Assembly: GCA_040954595.2 (NCBI GenBank)
Contig: CM082589.2
Span: forward strand, 8,378,232-8,442,231
Length of the DNA: 64,000 nucleotides
Reading direction: 5' to 3'
Source: Balanoglossus misakiensis
Lineage: Eukaryota; Animalia; Hemichordata
Below, piece after piece: positions 1-26,751 of this stretch. The notes below the pieces were generated by a model, which searched no databases, was not told the DNA's origin, and saw only the letters and a list, made by a program, of their open reading frames with translations. Position numbers and translations under genes: made by a program. Each line of letters begins with the position of its first letter. The first letter of the stretch is position 1.

Positions 1-653
1 GTAAACACTGATTATTCATTTTGGTGAGTTTTTAACTCTTGTCCCTTTTTAACCTCACCAGCAATTGCAACCAGGCTGTCTCTCAGTATCTTTGTGTAGG
101 GTATCAACTATGGTTTCTTGCTCTACTACGCTGGAAGCCCCAATAATTCAAAATAAAAAAAAATTCAAGTGAAGGAATCTGTGATCGAGCAAGCGCATTT
201 CAGAAGTTCCAGAATGAGCTCAGGGGTGTAGAACATCAACATCTCAGCATCACCTGATGCGTGAGGTCAAGACGCGTTCAATATGCAAATCACTTCATGG
301 TGGTGTCTGAAAACTAAGAAGTCCCATAGTGGCCAATTTATTGTTCATCAAACACGATCGGAATATGTGTATAATTATAAGGTTATTCACAAAATACCAA
401 GATTTCTGTCCTTGTACACTGTACACTTCAGTACTGTCCTTGATACTGTACATCTCAGAAAATACCTCCGCTGAATGATGTACTCCGACATAAATCCCAG
501 TATTTTGTGAATAACCTTATAATATCAGCATGTTTGACATAGCAGAAGAACACTGTTACTTAAATAATATTGAACAGTTGACAAAATATAATGTCTCTTT
601 ATGATTCAAGATTGACAAATTGTTCTTTGTTAATCTTGTAATTTTTTTTACAG

Positions 654-2434
654 AAACGAACCAAACCAAGATCAGTATTTTTATGGGGTGTTCAAGAAGT
701 TACAAGATGGCTGAGACGTCGCTGTCCTACATACTATGGTCTCTATGGTAACATCTTTGCTGAACATGAAATTTCAGGTAATTGTCTTCCTCACTGGTCC
801 ATTGGAGATAATATTCTGCGGAAAATTATTATTTTTATATGCTTTTATTTCGGACTCATGGTCAATAATGGTGAAAAATATACATAGTTTGGTAAGCTAT
901 TATTAACTCCCGGTTCTTAAACATGGCAAAAATCGGCCTAATTGTGTTGACTACGTGAGATTTTTATCACTCGCCAAGTTAGCAAAACCTTATATACAGA
1001 TATAAGGTAGGGAGGATTCTGTAGCCTTACTTTCCACTTAACTAATATGCCTGACAAGTGACAGCCCTGGATTACTAAGCTTAGTATCTGTCCATACTAT
1101 AAATCTTTGAATTACATGTAAATTTACCAATACATGAACTTATGTACAGTTTGTGTATATTTTCACTATATGTTCAGGTCGAGCTTTGGTTCATCTAGAT
1201 ACAAGGAAATTAGAACAGATGGGGATACACAATCCAGACCACAGGTAATTCCCAAAAATCATACGCTCCTAAGCCTCTAGAGCTGCCACTTTTTGCGTTA
1301 TTTTCATGATTTTATCTTCCGACCCAAAATTGGTCCATCTAAATAAGCTTACTGATACAGGTATGTACACCTTATCGATGCCCAAATTTGACTGAATGTT
1401 GCAATTTGAACACGCTATATATTAAACAGGTGCCACACCGATTTAATCAGCTTCCATACAAACAGTACGCTGCTATCGCGGTATGTGTCACCAAGAGATG
1501 TCGAACTGATGCAAATACATGTAATGTGGCTTAATGGGGAGAATTTTCGAGGATAGCGAATATATTTGAAGTATTTTATTGTGGAAATAATATATGTGAA
1601 ATTTGGCAGCTATAGGGGCATTAATAATTTCATACCAGCAAACAAGTATATCATTTAGTTTTACTGATTGGAATGTAAAAGAAAGTTAACACATACAACC
1701 ACTGAACCACATTTCCTATTCATGCATACTGGTGTAATCATATTCAAGTCCATATGTGTTGTGATATAATGCTGGTGTATTTTCTGTGTAATGCCTAAAT
1801 GGGACCAAAGTACTATGTTATTTATTAATTCAATAGGCTCCAATAGGGAATAGATCCCTGACAATGGCTTGTTTTAACATCTTTCAGAACTGAGCTGCTC
1901 AATCAAATATTAAAACTGAAAATAAAACATGAACAACTGGAGCTGAAGGTATTGCAGAAGCAGTCCAGTAAGTATACTATGCTCTCAAGTATTATTATAT
2001 GCGCATGCTGATATCACTGTCAGCCTCCTAGTGACATTTAACGTGACCACATTTAGTGCGAAATATCACTGGTGATATTTCACTCTAAACGTCATCAGTT
2101 CCTGCGCTGATTCCCGGAACCATGTTCGTGAAAATGGGCCTTGAATGTAAACATTAAGTGTAACCAGGGTTCTCCCCCTACACTTTCTTTGAACATAAAA
2201 AATTTGGATTTTGATGGCTGCGGAAATGTGTGATTAAAGAAAACATATATATGTAATGTGACTGAACGTAAATACAAATCTTTAAAAATTACAAACTACA
2301 CGAGTGCTGAACTGATCGGGGCCACATTTCACAGACATAAACAACTCAACGGCCCCGCTCAGACACCATGAAGAGATGTCAAATGACAGAATTTATCATT
2401 ATATTCTCTTTTTCATTTTATTACAGGTTTTTGA
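654..2434 (+). CDS. 3' part of an Aveugle/SAMD10/SAMD12-like SAM-domain adaptor. Exons 654-777, 1178-1244, 1888-1967, 2427-2434; the 5' exons lie upstream of the window
   Basis: GT-AG joins with compatible phases give KRTKPRSVFLWGVQEVTRWLRRRCPTYYGLYGNIFAEHEISGRALVHLDTRKLEQMGIHNPDHRTELLNQILKLKIKHEQLELKVLQKQSSF*. This matches the Aveugle/SAMD12 SAM signature (W..V..WL, H.I.GRAL, LE.MGI). AATAAA at 3339. The ORF track misses it because the exons are short. Confidence 0.85.
1272..1620 (+). mobile_element. TTAA-associated non-autonomous DNA transposon (Kolobok-like), family A, copy 1
   Basis: Imperfect TIRs AGCCTCTAGAGCTGCCA / TGGCAGCTATAGGGGC followed by TTAA. Body is similar to 15258-15604 and, inverted, to 17682-18025. 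Confidence 0.6.
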
Positions 2435-4199
2435 AGTGCCATCTACTGTTTTAGTTCTAGTGTCGTCTGTGATACAGTAAAAATATAACTGAAAGAAGAA
2501 ATCCTGTACAAAGGCATTTGTCCTTGAATGATTGTGTCTTTAAAGGTGACTCTCACTGATAGACTACTGCAATATTGCAAGAAGCCATACTCTTCTTGAT
2601 AGATCATGGTTGTGATATAAATGTAACAACATATTGTTCGTTATGATAATTTCAGGTGACACTTATTTCACTAAAACTCCATTGTTACTTTTGCCTGGTT
2701 GGAATTTTTGTCTCCTCCAGTATACAACCAAGCGTTTACTACTTGTCTTCAGTGTCAGAGTTCACAAGCAACTATATTTTTAAATGCTACTGATATGTAA
2801 GTTATTTTTGTGCATTTTTAAAAGATTTTATATTTTATGGAAGACTCCATTGTGAATTGTTGGAGTATATCTTTTGAGTGTGTGTCTTACTATACCCACA
2901 CTCCAATCTTACCGTAACAAGTTCTGAAGAGATATTTCGGGTATTCATGAATGGTTATACTTCCCATCTACGTACAGTGTGGGATCAATACAGTTATAAG
3001 AATTTTACTATCCAGGGGCAAAAAATGATAAGCAGACAGAATCGACAGAAAGTATGTTGTTCATAGTAAATGTACATAGCAATGAAGAGAAGGGCAAAGC
3101 AAGAAGTTTTCTTTGAAAATTTTGGAATGGATTGGTACTATCTGCAGCTATGAACAAACTATGTCAACTATTACTGGTACATGTATTAGCTTTTATATTC
3201 AGCTTTTTACTTTTTAGTACGTGTACTTCAAAATGTTCAAATGTTTTTTTGTTAGACAGCTGCAGATGTCATAGCATGCTGTAGTATTTAATTAATTAAT
3301 TAATATGTACAATTCCATGTATATAGGGATTTTGTGTAAATAAAAATGTTTGTAAACATACCATAGGCGTTGATCCCACTGTTCAGGGAGGTCTAGTCCT
3401 TTAGCTAATTCATTTTACATCAAAGTATTGAAAATGTGATAAAGTCGATGATGTAATGTTTGCCATGATATACAGTGTAACACAAAGTAACTATCACATT
3501 ATAAATTTACGTATGCTGATGATTCTGCAGGTTGTTCCTGACAAATGTAAAGTCGAAACATTAAAACTTGGGAGTGGATGTTTTTCTGTCTATGGCTGCC
3601 CTATATGAGTGCAAATGACACAGTTGGTAGCATGTCAAAGAAGTGACACCAACTTTGAAGAGTATTGCATGTTACATTTAAATTGAGTAACTGTGATCTG
3701 ATACTTATATTGGGTGCATAAAAAGTGCAATTTTGTTGGAACACATGTTTATACAATTCTTCGTTGTCTTTAGGATTGTTAATGTCTTTCAATATATTGG
3801 AAGTCAAGCTAAAAATAAAAACTGTTTTTCAATTAATTAACCTTTATTTCGAGTGCGTGCTCAGATAAAATACAATAAAGTAAAACATTTCTATGTTAGG
3901 GATTTGGGTACTGAAACCTTTACTCCTCCAAGTGGAAATGGGGAAACATTATTTCTTCTAGGGGTATGGCCCAAATCTGCACTGTCAATCTTATCCCTGA
4001 GAAGCAATGTTGCATGGGAAGGGATAAATCAATAGGGGAGTGATTTATGTTTTAATAAAAAGGGCACATGCGCTGGAGAACCATTTCTGGTTGCCACCGG
4101 GTTCAGGACAGCCACTCATAAAAACTAAGTCTTAGGCACATACACGGCGCCCTCTAGAGAGAGGCTACCAATTTCTTAATATTTCCGTTTCCGGGTCTG

Positions 4200-4370
4200 A
4201 AACTCTGTCAGCTGTGCAAAAACTCGTGCAGCACACGGGCCTGGCGCCTGCTACCTGAGAAATTATTTAGGGGTCGTGTAGTATTCGAACAAGGTCGGCG
4301 AATGAAATCCACTGGCGCACATGTGCTGTACTACGCTCGGATCATTCAAACCGTAATCACCAGATCCCAG
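4200..4370 (+). promoter_or_regulatory. TGS1: Probable promoter and first exon of TGS1
   Basis: Locally CpG-richer segment ending in a strong donor CCAG|GTAGGT at 4370/4371, upstream of the acceptor TTTCAG| at 5440. The TSS is not determinable. Confidence 0.45.
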
Positions 4371-5477
4371 GTAGGTAAATATACTCTTGGTTTGTCCATG
4401 GTTTGTCCGATCATGGGGGTATGGTCCGATGCTGAGCTAGCTGGGGAAAAGCCGTGGCCCATGTCTCGTGTAAACTGGCGCTGTCATACCGAGCACATTT
4501 TCCTGTCCCTTTGACATAGAGCCACATGCTGAAAGAACCTGTATAAACCAGACACCTCTGCAAACCGAACAGTTTCTTCAGTCCTTTTGGTGTTCGGTTC
4601 CCCTGATCCTACAAATCTTCTGTGGTCAATTATGTGAACAGCTGATTGTTCGACAGTCATTTGTGAAGCAACCAGACAAGAACAGACTCCCAGCAGAGAG
4701 TAGGGATGTCAGGTTTGACAGTGCAGCAATATTGCTTCAGCAATTATTAGAAACTCAGTTGAAAAATGCATCTGTTGAGTGTGTAGGGCCAGAATTACTT
4801 ATTATATTATAGTCACTGGAAAGAATGACAGTGATGCAAACTAACATGTGCACAAACAGTGTTGCATCTAGGATCAGAGAATTTTGGTCATTTTTGAAGG
4901 GGGGGGGGGCATTTCCTGGTCCCATTTGGTATAATGTATACCAATAATATATGCCATGTGACCGATTCAGTTGCGTCTGTATTTATGTACGTCTGTATGT
5001 CTGTCCACGACAAAACTCAAAACCGCTGCACGTATCACCTCAATATTTGATGTGAAGATGCAGGCCGGGTTGTAGATGGGATTTGGTTCAAATGAAGTTT
5101 GTGCTGCCAAAAATGTGCAAATAAGTTGGAAGAATGTGAAATTTGTTAGAACCCAGAAACTTAACAACCACTGGTCAGATTGATTTGAAAATTGTTACCA
5201 TGCATGCATCTTATGTAAACCTCATACAGTCCTGTATGTTTTTAGCTAATATTATAATTTTCTATTTGTTATGTATCGTTTTTGTCTTTTTCCACATTAT
5301 TGGTGGAGAATCTTTTTCTGAAAGTGATCAGCCGTCTCCTTTAAATTCAGTATGAAGCTTTCTCTAGGTGATTTGAGTTATACATATACCATATTTGTCT
5401 TGTTACAGAATGTACTTCTCTTCTTTTATTATGATTTCAGTTATTTGTTCATTGAAGAAAAGGAACAAACATTGGAG

Positions 5478-18513
<13,036 letters not shown>

Positions 18514-18721
18514 AGGGAAGGGGTCGTCCCCCGGATGAGGATATGTCCTCCCATACCAGTGCAAACCTCACTGCAGTTGCCAGGATCTTTAGTTGCTGTC
18601 ATGCCCAGTCTTTGCCACAGTTGGCTGATTCGTTCATTCTATGAATTATCTAATTTCAGGGATTTGTGGATGAATTGTGATGTTTATAAACAAACAAATG
18701 CGGCGTGACGAACCCTTCATT
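18514..18721. mobile_element. Degenerate TTAA-flanked MITE directly after the TGS1 stop codon
   Basis: TTAA|AGGGAAGGGGTCGTC ... GACGAACCCTTCATT|TTAA, an imperfect TIR. Confidence 0.45.
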
Positions 18722-19701
18722 TTAAAGACAACATTGCAAAGTTTGGGAATTTTACAAGACAGAATTTGTTCCTACATGTACTTTGTTTATGAATATATCA
18801 TTTGTCCTTGGCCTTATTTAGATGTAATGTTTTATCCTTTCAAAGTGAGCCACTTATTGAATAGGTTTTATAATTCTGATTGACACAAATAAAAATAATC
18901 CTACATCATCAGTTTTCTCTGGCCAATTTCAGTACGAAAAACGCAAAGTTGTGATGTGGTCATTACATATTTTCCCGATATTTCATGGGCAGGACTTTAT
19001 GTGCAAATACAATAACATGGAACTACTTTCTGTATGTAAGGCCGCATGTTACGATCTGCGAAACGTGATGATTTTTGAATTTTGGCGCACGTTTACATTT
19101 TGCTATCCATCCAACTGTCGACAGGTGAATGGAAAAGTAATGGTAACTATATGGGAATCTCCAAATTTACGACGACTGTTCGCGTTCACAAAACATTTCT
19201 TGTATTACGATATATCGCGAATCTGAATTACAAGACTGGGAGATCTGACCCTATGACCTCACTTTGCATAACAATAGTTGTGATATTTTGGTCAATCAAT
19301 GACTGCTTCTGCTTTGCGTCATTTAGTGCCGCATCACTGTACGAAAAATCAAGACGCTTCGTGAAATTTGACAGAACATACATGATTATGCAATAACAAC
19401 AGAACACAGGTCCCGCGTCATACAGAAGTTATTTTCAGATGCATATGTGATGCTCTGTATTCTGCGGTAGACCTATATCATTATCAGATAGGCCTAAAGG
19501 AATGACTCTCTTAATTCCGCTTTTTTGACTAGCGATAAATCGTCGCAATATAATCGTACATCTTACACGTGAATGCTGGCGCCTGGAAAGAGACGACTTG
19601 CAGTGCACGTGTACACAAATACAAAAACATGAGAAAAGGAAAGATTTTAACGACGGGCACTTGCTTGCAGTATGCCGAGGTTAAATGTCATCGATTCCAT
19701 C

Positions 19702-22335
19702 ATGGCGGAAGCACAAGTAGGTAGTCAGGAGGAAGGTGATAAGTCAGATGCCAAGAGACAGAAATTAGACCCGTTTATTAATTTCTTGGCCGATATTGCG
19801 GAAGATATAACTAATGGTAAGGTGTCTTATCGTTGGCAATGCACGCGATGACACAGTTTTATACTTGCATTAGCTGTATATGTAAAACCAGTAACACTTT
19901 AATTTTAATCTGCAATAAAGTTGTGAGTAATTAGCACATGCGCAGTTGGTTTCTGTCGACTGTAAATGTTTGTTTTGGGGAGGAAAACAATTATTTCCTC
20001 AATGCTTCGTCCCTTTCTTGTGTTCTAATTGCGCTATTCCTGGTATAGTAGCAAATTTTGTCTCTGATTGATTACCTGTCAAATAAGTCACAACCCTCAC
20101 GCGACTGTGTGGTCACAGGCCCTATTTGACCTTCCTATTTCCACCAGTATCATGTAAACTGACAAATCTGAAGTTTGTCATCAGGCAGATGTCTTTTTGT
20201 GGTTAATTTGCAGATAATTTCAAGGGAATGAAAGATCGATGCACTCGTACAATCCCCCGTGCAAAACTTGAAGCGATAAAAGCTCCTTTTGACCTGTTAA
20301 GGGTCATGAATGAACGTGGTGATATATCGGAGTCTGACACTGAGATGTTGAGAGTCTTGTTAAAGTCAGTAGGAAGAATTGATTTAATGAAACGAGTTGA
20401 GATGTTCATGCGCAGCTCTACTAGTACATGTCAATCAGGTACTTACATTTTCCCATTGTCTTCTTTTGTTTAAGCCTAATGTTGGTTTACGTCCCCTTAT
20501 AGCTGGTTTATCATCAGGCAATTAAATACAGCTGATACTAGTTTATTTACCACTTTTGATCAGATGGCAGCAAAATGTTCTTGAAGATGCTGATTCACAC
20601 AACATTTAAATCAACTTTTATACAGAGAGCATCTCGTCAAGTTCCAACCGTTGCCATGGAATGACAACTTCTCCCTCTATCTGAGTGATGTGTATACACG
20701 GCTACAAGTGGTCGAAGTTGATGAACGGGGTAAAGTCGTAAAGAAAATGAAAACTCTCAACAGGCAAAGACTGTTTCTGAAAGTGAAATTTTTGGATTAT
20801 CTGGAAGTGGGCAGAAAGCAAAAATAATCAGAATTGAAGGAGCACCAGCTATGGGCAAATCTATTTTTTGCAGAAAATTAGCCCATGATTGGGCTTGTGG
20901 AAAGTTAGACCAGTTCAAGTTGGTGTTTTTACTTGAGGCAAGGCAAATGGACAAGTCATCCATACCAGCCACTATATTTGATCAGTTGCTTCCAGATGAT
21001 GCCAAAATTTCAAAAGATGAGCTTTGGAAGATTTTATTAGAGAATAAAGAGTCTAGTTTGATTGTCTGTGATGGCTTACATGAGATGGACAGCGGTATGA
21101 AGGAGAATTCGGAGATGAGTCGAATTATTGCCAAGAAATTACTGTTAGGTAGTACAGTGGTTGTCACTACAAGACCCCATGAATATGATAAACAGCTGAA
21201 AGATTGTGATTTGCATTACCAGGTGCAAGGCTTTACAGATGGTGATATTGAAGCTTACATGCTAAAGTACTTCAAACAGAATCAAACGAAAGTTAGTGAA
21301 TTGATGTCTAGATTACATATGAATGTAAGTATAAAAAATCTGCTTCGCAGAAACTTACATTTTGTATATAGTGTTGAAGATAAGAATGGGATCCTTTGTA
21401 ATCCTCTACTTGTAACTTTGTTTTGTGTACTCTTGGATGAACATCAAGATGGATATGAATTTCCAACCAGAGTGACTGAGTTGTACTTTGAAACGTTGCA
21501 GAGCATTTTGAAAAGGTGTTGTTCAAAGATGAAGATCTGTCTTGTCAATGGAGAAGTCCCAAGCAATGTCATGAATGAAGTGAATAAGTTAGCATGTATT
21601 GCGTATGATACTTTAAAGGAGGGTAAGATATTGATAAATGAGTCAGACATACGTCTACAATCAGAATCACTATTGTCTTCAGGGTTGCTTGTCCGGGATT
21701 GTGGGATTTCACGCTTGAAACCAAGAAGACTGTGTTACTTCTGTCATAAAACTTGGCACGAGTATTTTGCTGCACTGCGCATTGCCCAGTGTTTTCAGGA
21801 GGGTAATTTGTTAACAGACTTCCCTCGCTTGCTTGATGGTGTCCAAAACAATTTCCAGGTTCTGCGGTTTGTAGATGGCCTACTTCAAGGCAAGGCAGAT
21901 CTTTTGCCACTCCAAAGTTTCAGTGACGCTCATAAACAATTGCACATTCGTATAAATTCTTTGCATATATCATCACTGAAGGCCCTGCCCAGGAACAGCG
22001 TACATGTACCACTTACGCAAGCGTTTGACAGAATTCACGCGAGGTCTAGGTCAATGAGCAGGCAACGCGCCAATTTCTTACAGCCACGGACAAATAGAAA
22101 AGACAGACCAGCAACGCGGCATGTCCCTTTGATGTCTTGTCCGCCTCGGCAAACAAGGGCAAACAATAGGCTTCAAATGACTCAGATAGGTTTGGTCATG
22201 CATACGCGTCAGTATTGCACGATATTACGCGACAATTGTGATGAGATTTTCCAGAATACTTTGCAGTTGCGTCGTGATCGACAGCTACAGTACCTTGCTG
22301 GACAAACTACAGCTTTGCACTCAGGACTCGACTGA
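19702..22335 (+). pseudogene. DED-NACHT (NLR-like) gene, frameshifted and lacking LRRs. Exons 19702-19816, 20214-20438, about 20564-22335
   Basis: Exons 1-2 splice to a FADD-like death effector domain (DPFINFLADIAEDITNDNFKGMKDRC...LLKSVGRIDLMKRV, with RxDL). Exon 3 has QPLPWND...DVYTRL in one frame and, in another frame, Walker A GAPAMGKS, Walker B LIVCDGLHE, VVVTTRP, NPLLVTLFC and FCHKTWHEYFAA. Family similarity is lost after about 21900. Confidence 0.75.
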
Positions 22336-23110
22336 AACACTACTTCACGACAATCAAATCTTAACACGTCAGACGTTGAATTAACACTTACAACCACGCA
22401 AGCCTATTCGGCAAACCGGAATCTATTCAAAAAAATTCGCAATTTATAATCAAACCTTTTCAAATTTACGATCAAACACACATTTTATACATTCATTAAT
22501 TTATCATACAAACTATTAAAATTGTCAAACTCATCTGTCTGATGCTCAAACTTCCTCCAATTTTCGCTGTCCACTCCTCTTCCGTCTACAGCTGACTGAC
22601 AACAACAAGACGAACTTTCATGAAAACACTTTCATTTTATAATCGGGAAAGTTCTGGACATTGCCGAAGGGGATACGTTCGGGAATATTCGGACAAGCTG
22701 TACCTAGAAGGCGACAGCCGAGTCATGCACGGGGGGGGGGGGGGGGGATTAGGACATGTACTTCACACCTTTCGCAATACCGTTGCGAGTCTGTCTTTTC
22801 TATTTGTCTGTGCTACAGCATAACAAAGACACTGTATAGATATATTACCTATATGCCTGTTGTACGAGAGTATCATTTGTAATGACTTTGTCAAGTTTAT
22901 TATACCCAGCTTTAAGAAAATGATGTGGTATTTGGTAGAGCAATGAACTTGTTGCCCTTAGTAGAAATGTCTGACATTTTCTCTATTTCAAAGGAAGTTT
23001 CCTGTTTTCTTAACATACCCAGCCATGGTTTTATTGATGTGGCATTAAATGTTTTAAAAATACGAAAATAGAGAAGGCAAATTGAATGTAAAATTTATCA
23101 TTGTCTCATT

Positions 23111-23312
23111 TGGAACAGTGTCCCAATAGAAGTACGCCAATCACCTAGCCTTGACAGTTTCAAGAAACACATCAAGACTTTTTTGTTTAACAGAGCCTAT
23201 TAACAGTAACTTTACATTGTTTTTTTTGACATTGTAAAGCGCCATTGAACACTTTTGCAGTGGAGTTTGGCGCTCTATAAGTTCTTTTGATTGATTGATT
23301 GATTGATTGATT
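23111..23312 (+). mobile_element. 3' end fragment of an L2/CR1-group LINE
   Basis: Translates to WNSVPIEVRQSPSLDSFKKHIKTFLFNRAY* (ORF2 C-terminus), followed by the TGTAAAGCGC...GCGCTCTATAAG 3' motif and a (GATT)n tail. Confidence 0.75.
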
Positions 23313-23582
23313 ATGTTGAGTAATGATGATAGAAATCATTTAGGATGCACTTTTCAATATTTTCTAAGAGAAAATTACAACGTTTTTATCAAGCAATTTT
23401 TCCATGGCATGAAGAAATAGCTTGATGCATGCATGGTGCATAGTCACATGCAAATGAAAGGAAAAGTATCCAAGTTCTAAATTTGAAAACTTTGACTAAT
23501 TTCATGGAAACCTTAAGATTTTCCTTGTCACAATGATTTTATATTCTATTAAATTACAATTTTATAATTACAAAATATAGCA

Positions 23583-23751
<169 letters not shown>

Positions 23752-25159
23752 AAACTTTGTTCCTTGCAATCCTCAAATTGGCCCAACATCCTTGACGCTG
23801 TTTTAAGAAAATGTATTGATTTGTGGCAACCTTACCTCATAAGAAGTAGTCATCTTTTTGTCCCCAATTCCTGCTTATTCATGCAATTGCTTTGGAATTT
23901 GATACAGAGGTTCCTACAGGTGACCTAAGTAATGTTTGTTCAAGCTGTGGTGAAAATAGCAGAGTAGATGTGTGGGGGCTCGTTATTTCCTTGTTCTATT
24001 TCTATGTCGTTATTGGTCATTACAGCAGGTGTCTGCTCGTTACAAATTTGACAAACACTCTAGTCTGGAATCCCGACCGATGTGTTTTTTCTCTCTCTAA
24101 AAAACACACTGATCGGGATTATAGACTGTAACATCCATTATGTGCCCAACTACCTTTTATTCAGCAGAAGTGAAATCAAAGCAAAAAGTTCCATGACAAC
24201 GCAGAGAAAAGAAAAAGTACACTGCACTTCACTGTACTATGAAATGTGGTATTTAGGATATTGCAGGATGCTCTGTCTGGTCTGACCTGTAGACCTAAAG
24301 AACATGGAAGAAAACAGAAGATAGATGTGCATATCAAGGCACTGGATCATAAAAAGCCTTCATATAAGCTGTCGTACTTCAAGATATGTACACTACTGGT
24401 ATGCACCTTACATTCCTATTGAGGTATGTAACTTGAGAAGTGAATTACTGAAAACATAAAGAAGATAATATGGAAATTCCTGGGTATTTCATTATTGATC
24501 TGAGGTTTATTTTTCTTGCAATTCAATACTTCTCTGTATTGAATACATATTGTTATGAATAATCTACATGTCAAGCTCTTGCCTGAAAGGCTATGTACAC
24601 ACTCATAAATGCAACAAATTCAAGTTAGTATTAAAGGCACATACGCTGCAACTTTGGAGATAATTTTCATAATTTTTTTTTTCGAACAGTACTACCATTA
24701 GCCCATGCAGATGTATGCACTGAACTATATACAAGCATTATAAACCCCAAGTAATAGTGCATGTGCAAGTTTTAACCAGATAAATAATAAAGCTTTGCCA
24801 CAAAGGAATATGGCCGCCACCGTGGGAAAATGCAAGAAACAATGAAAACGTTGCATTTCCGACTATGAAATTTCATAAACAAATCATGATCTCATCCACT
24901 AGAATTCATGGAAGTAAATGTGCTCTGCTGAGACATTATATTTTCATATTTCAATGCAATATTGCACTTTTTAAAAATTGCAGGAATTTTCGAATTTCTT
25001 TCATTTTTGGCCATTTTGTCATAAATAAGTGTTGATCTTGATATACTATCATGAAATATCACTTAATAGACACAATTAAAAGCATATATGAGATTATTTA
25101 AAGTTTGAATTTCTCATTCTTGATCTTTGAAGCATTTCCCCTCTTTGATAGGAAGCTAC

Positions 25160-25253
25160 CTGGCTGCAATTATTGTAGCGGGTGCTGCTGGGTTGATAGA
25201 TGTTCGTAACACGCAGTCAACCCAGCAGCACCTGCTACAATAATTGCAGCTAG
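25160..25253. repeat. Near-perfect inverted repeat or hairpin (stem about 35 bp, loop about 21 nt)
   Basis: GCTGCAATTATTGTAGCGGGTGCTGCTGGGTTGA ... TCAACCCAGCAGCACCTGCTACAATAATTGCAGC. Confidence 0.85.
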
Positions 25254-25892
25254 AAGCTAACAACAATAAACGGGTAGACATGCATACATGCACACACACA
25301 TACATACAAGTCAATTGGTCCATTTGTCTTTAACACTGAATGTCACGTGTTTGTTCCATTTCGTCCATGAAACCAGGGTAGCGTTCACAGTTCATCTCTT
25401 TGTAGCAATCTACTAGAGTCTGCGGAACAAAAGATAACAAAAGCAAAAAAATTAGTCCACAGAATGATCGAATGATAAAATTGTAAGTTAGGGACTGTTC
25501 AGTTTTTACGGCTGGGGGTGGCAAAATCCGGCGGGTCACTTAAATTTTGAAATCCAAAAGCGGGGTCATCTTATTTTTTGAAACGTTTAAGGGGGGGGGG
25601 GGGGGTCACATACTTTTGCCACCGAACTTTTGCTTTTGAGTCCACGAAATTGCAGCTTCGCACCCTTTATTTTACAAAATTTTCTAATGTGGGACCAAAG
25701 CATGACTATAGGTATCAAGGATGTTTATGAACATGACTACTAGAATGGCGGCATTTACTTGCCGCGGGCTGACAACTGGCGCACGCCGTACACACACGAT
25801 TGAATCTTTTTGTTATAACGCCAATGCCATGTAGTCCACGTCCATAACGTAAAAAAAAAACGCAAAATGCTTCTAAAGAAGAGACAGTATTA

Positions 25893-26751
25893 GGGCCTGG
25901 TCAGAATTAACAGGGGGGAGGCCGGTGCGATTGGGGGGAGGGTCACCATTTCTCATGCAACGGTTTGGGGGAGGGCCGCTACATTTTGGGCACTTGTCAA
26001 GGGGAGGGTTACTAATTTTTGTGCAAGGATGACACCGATAATGACAAAAATTTGAAGTGTTACAGAGAAATCCTGAAAAGAGACTTGCGCTCACATAGGC
26101 ACTCATGTATGGATGTATTGACATCCCTTGTACTACAAAATACATCACACAACTCACAAAACATACACATGTACCAGTATGTGATCTTAAATCCCCTAAC
26201 CCTAACCCTTACCCTAACCCTAACCCTAACCCTAATTTCTTAAGGGAAGGGGAGCACAGTACGATATTTTACCCACAATTCTCCATGATTTGTATCATCG
26301 AGGTTGTCCATTTAATAACTTTTTCTGTTTTAGATACTAACAATGATATGAAGTACATATAACTGTATTTATCTAGGAAAAGTATGTTGAGGAATAAGAG
26401 TGTAAATTTCAAAATGAATATTTAAAAGCCATAGGAATCAAAGTATTCATGTACTGCAAATGTCACACTTTGGAGGAAACAAGCAAATAACTAACTGAGG
26501 TGTATCTAATAGTGGTCTACAATTTTCTGTACACATGTGAACTTTGCCTGGTTTGACTGAGTAATATCTGATTGTACAAATCAGAATGAATCATCAGATA
26601 TTGTGGGGAGGGTCACTTGATTTTGTTCACGGAGAAGGGGGAGGGTCAGCATTTTTTGTGCAAGAAATCGGTGGAGGGTCAGTATTTTTCATGCATGCGG
26701 ATTTTGAATCGCACCGGCCTCCCCCCCCCCCTGTTAATTCTGACCAGGCCC
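25893..26751. mobile_element. PIF/Harbinger-like non-autonomous element (859 bp)
   Basis: TIRs of about 40 bp, GGGCCTGGTCAGAATTAACAGGGG..AGGCCGGTGCGATT, flanked by TTA on both sides. Confidence 0.75.
26194..26235. repeat. Interstitial telomere-like (CCCTAA)n, about 7 units
   Basis: Read directly; lies inside the Harbinger-like element. Confidence 0.85.

Noticed and set aside
21900-22335. C-terminal ~140 aa of the NACHT ORF as a novel sensor domain
   Set aside because: No LRR, TPR, ANK or WD40 pattern; it looks like read-through into unrelated sequence.
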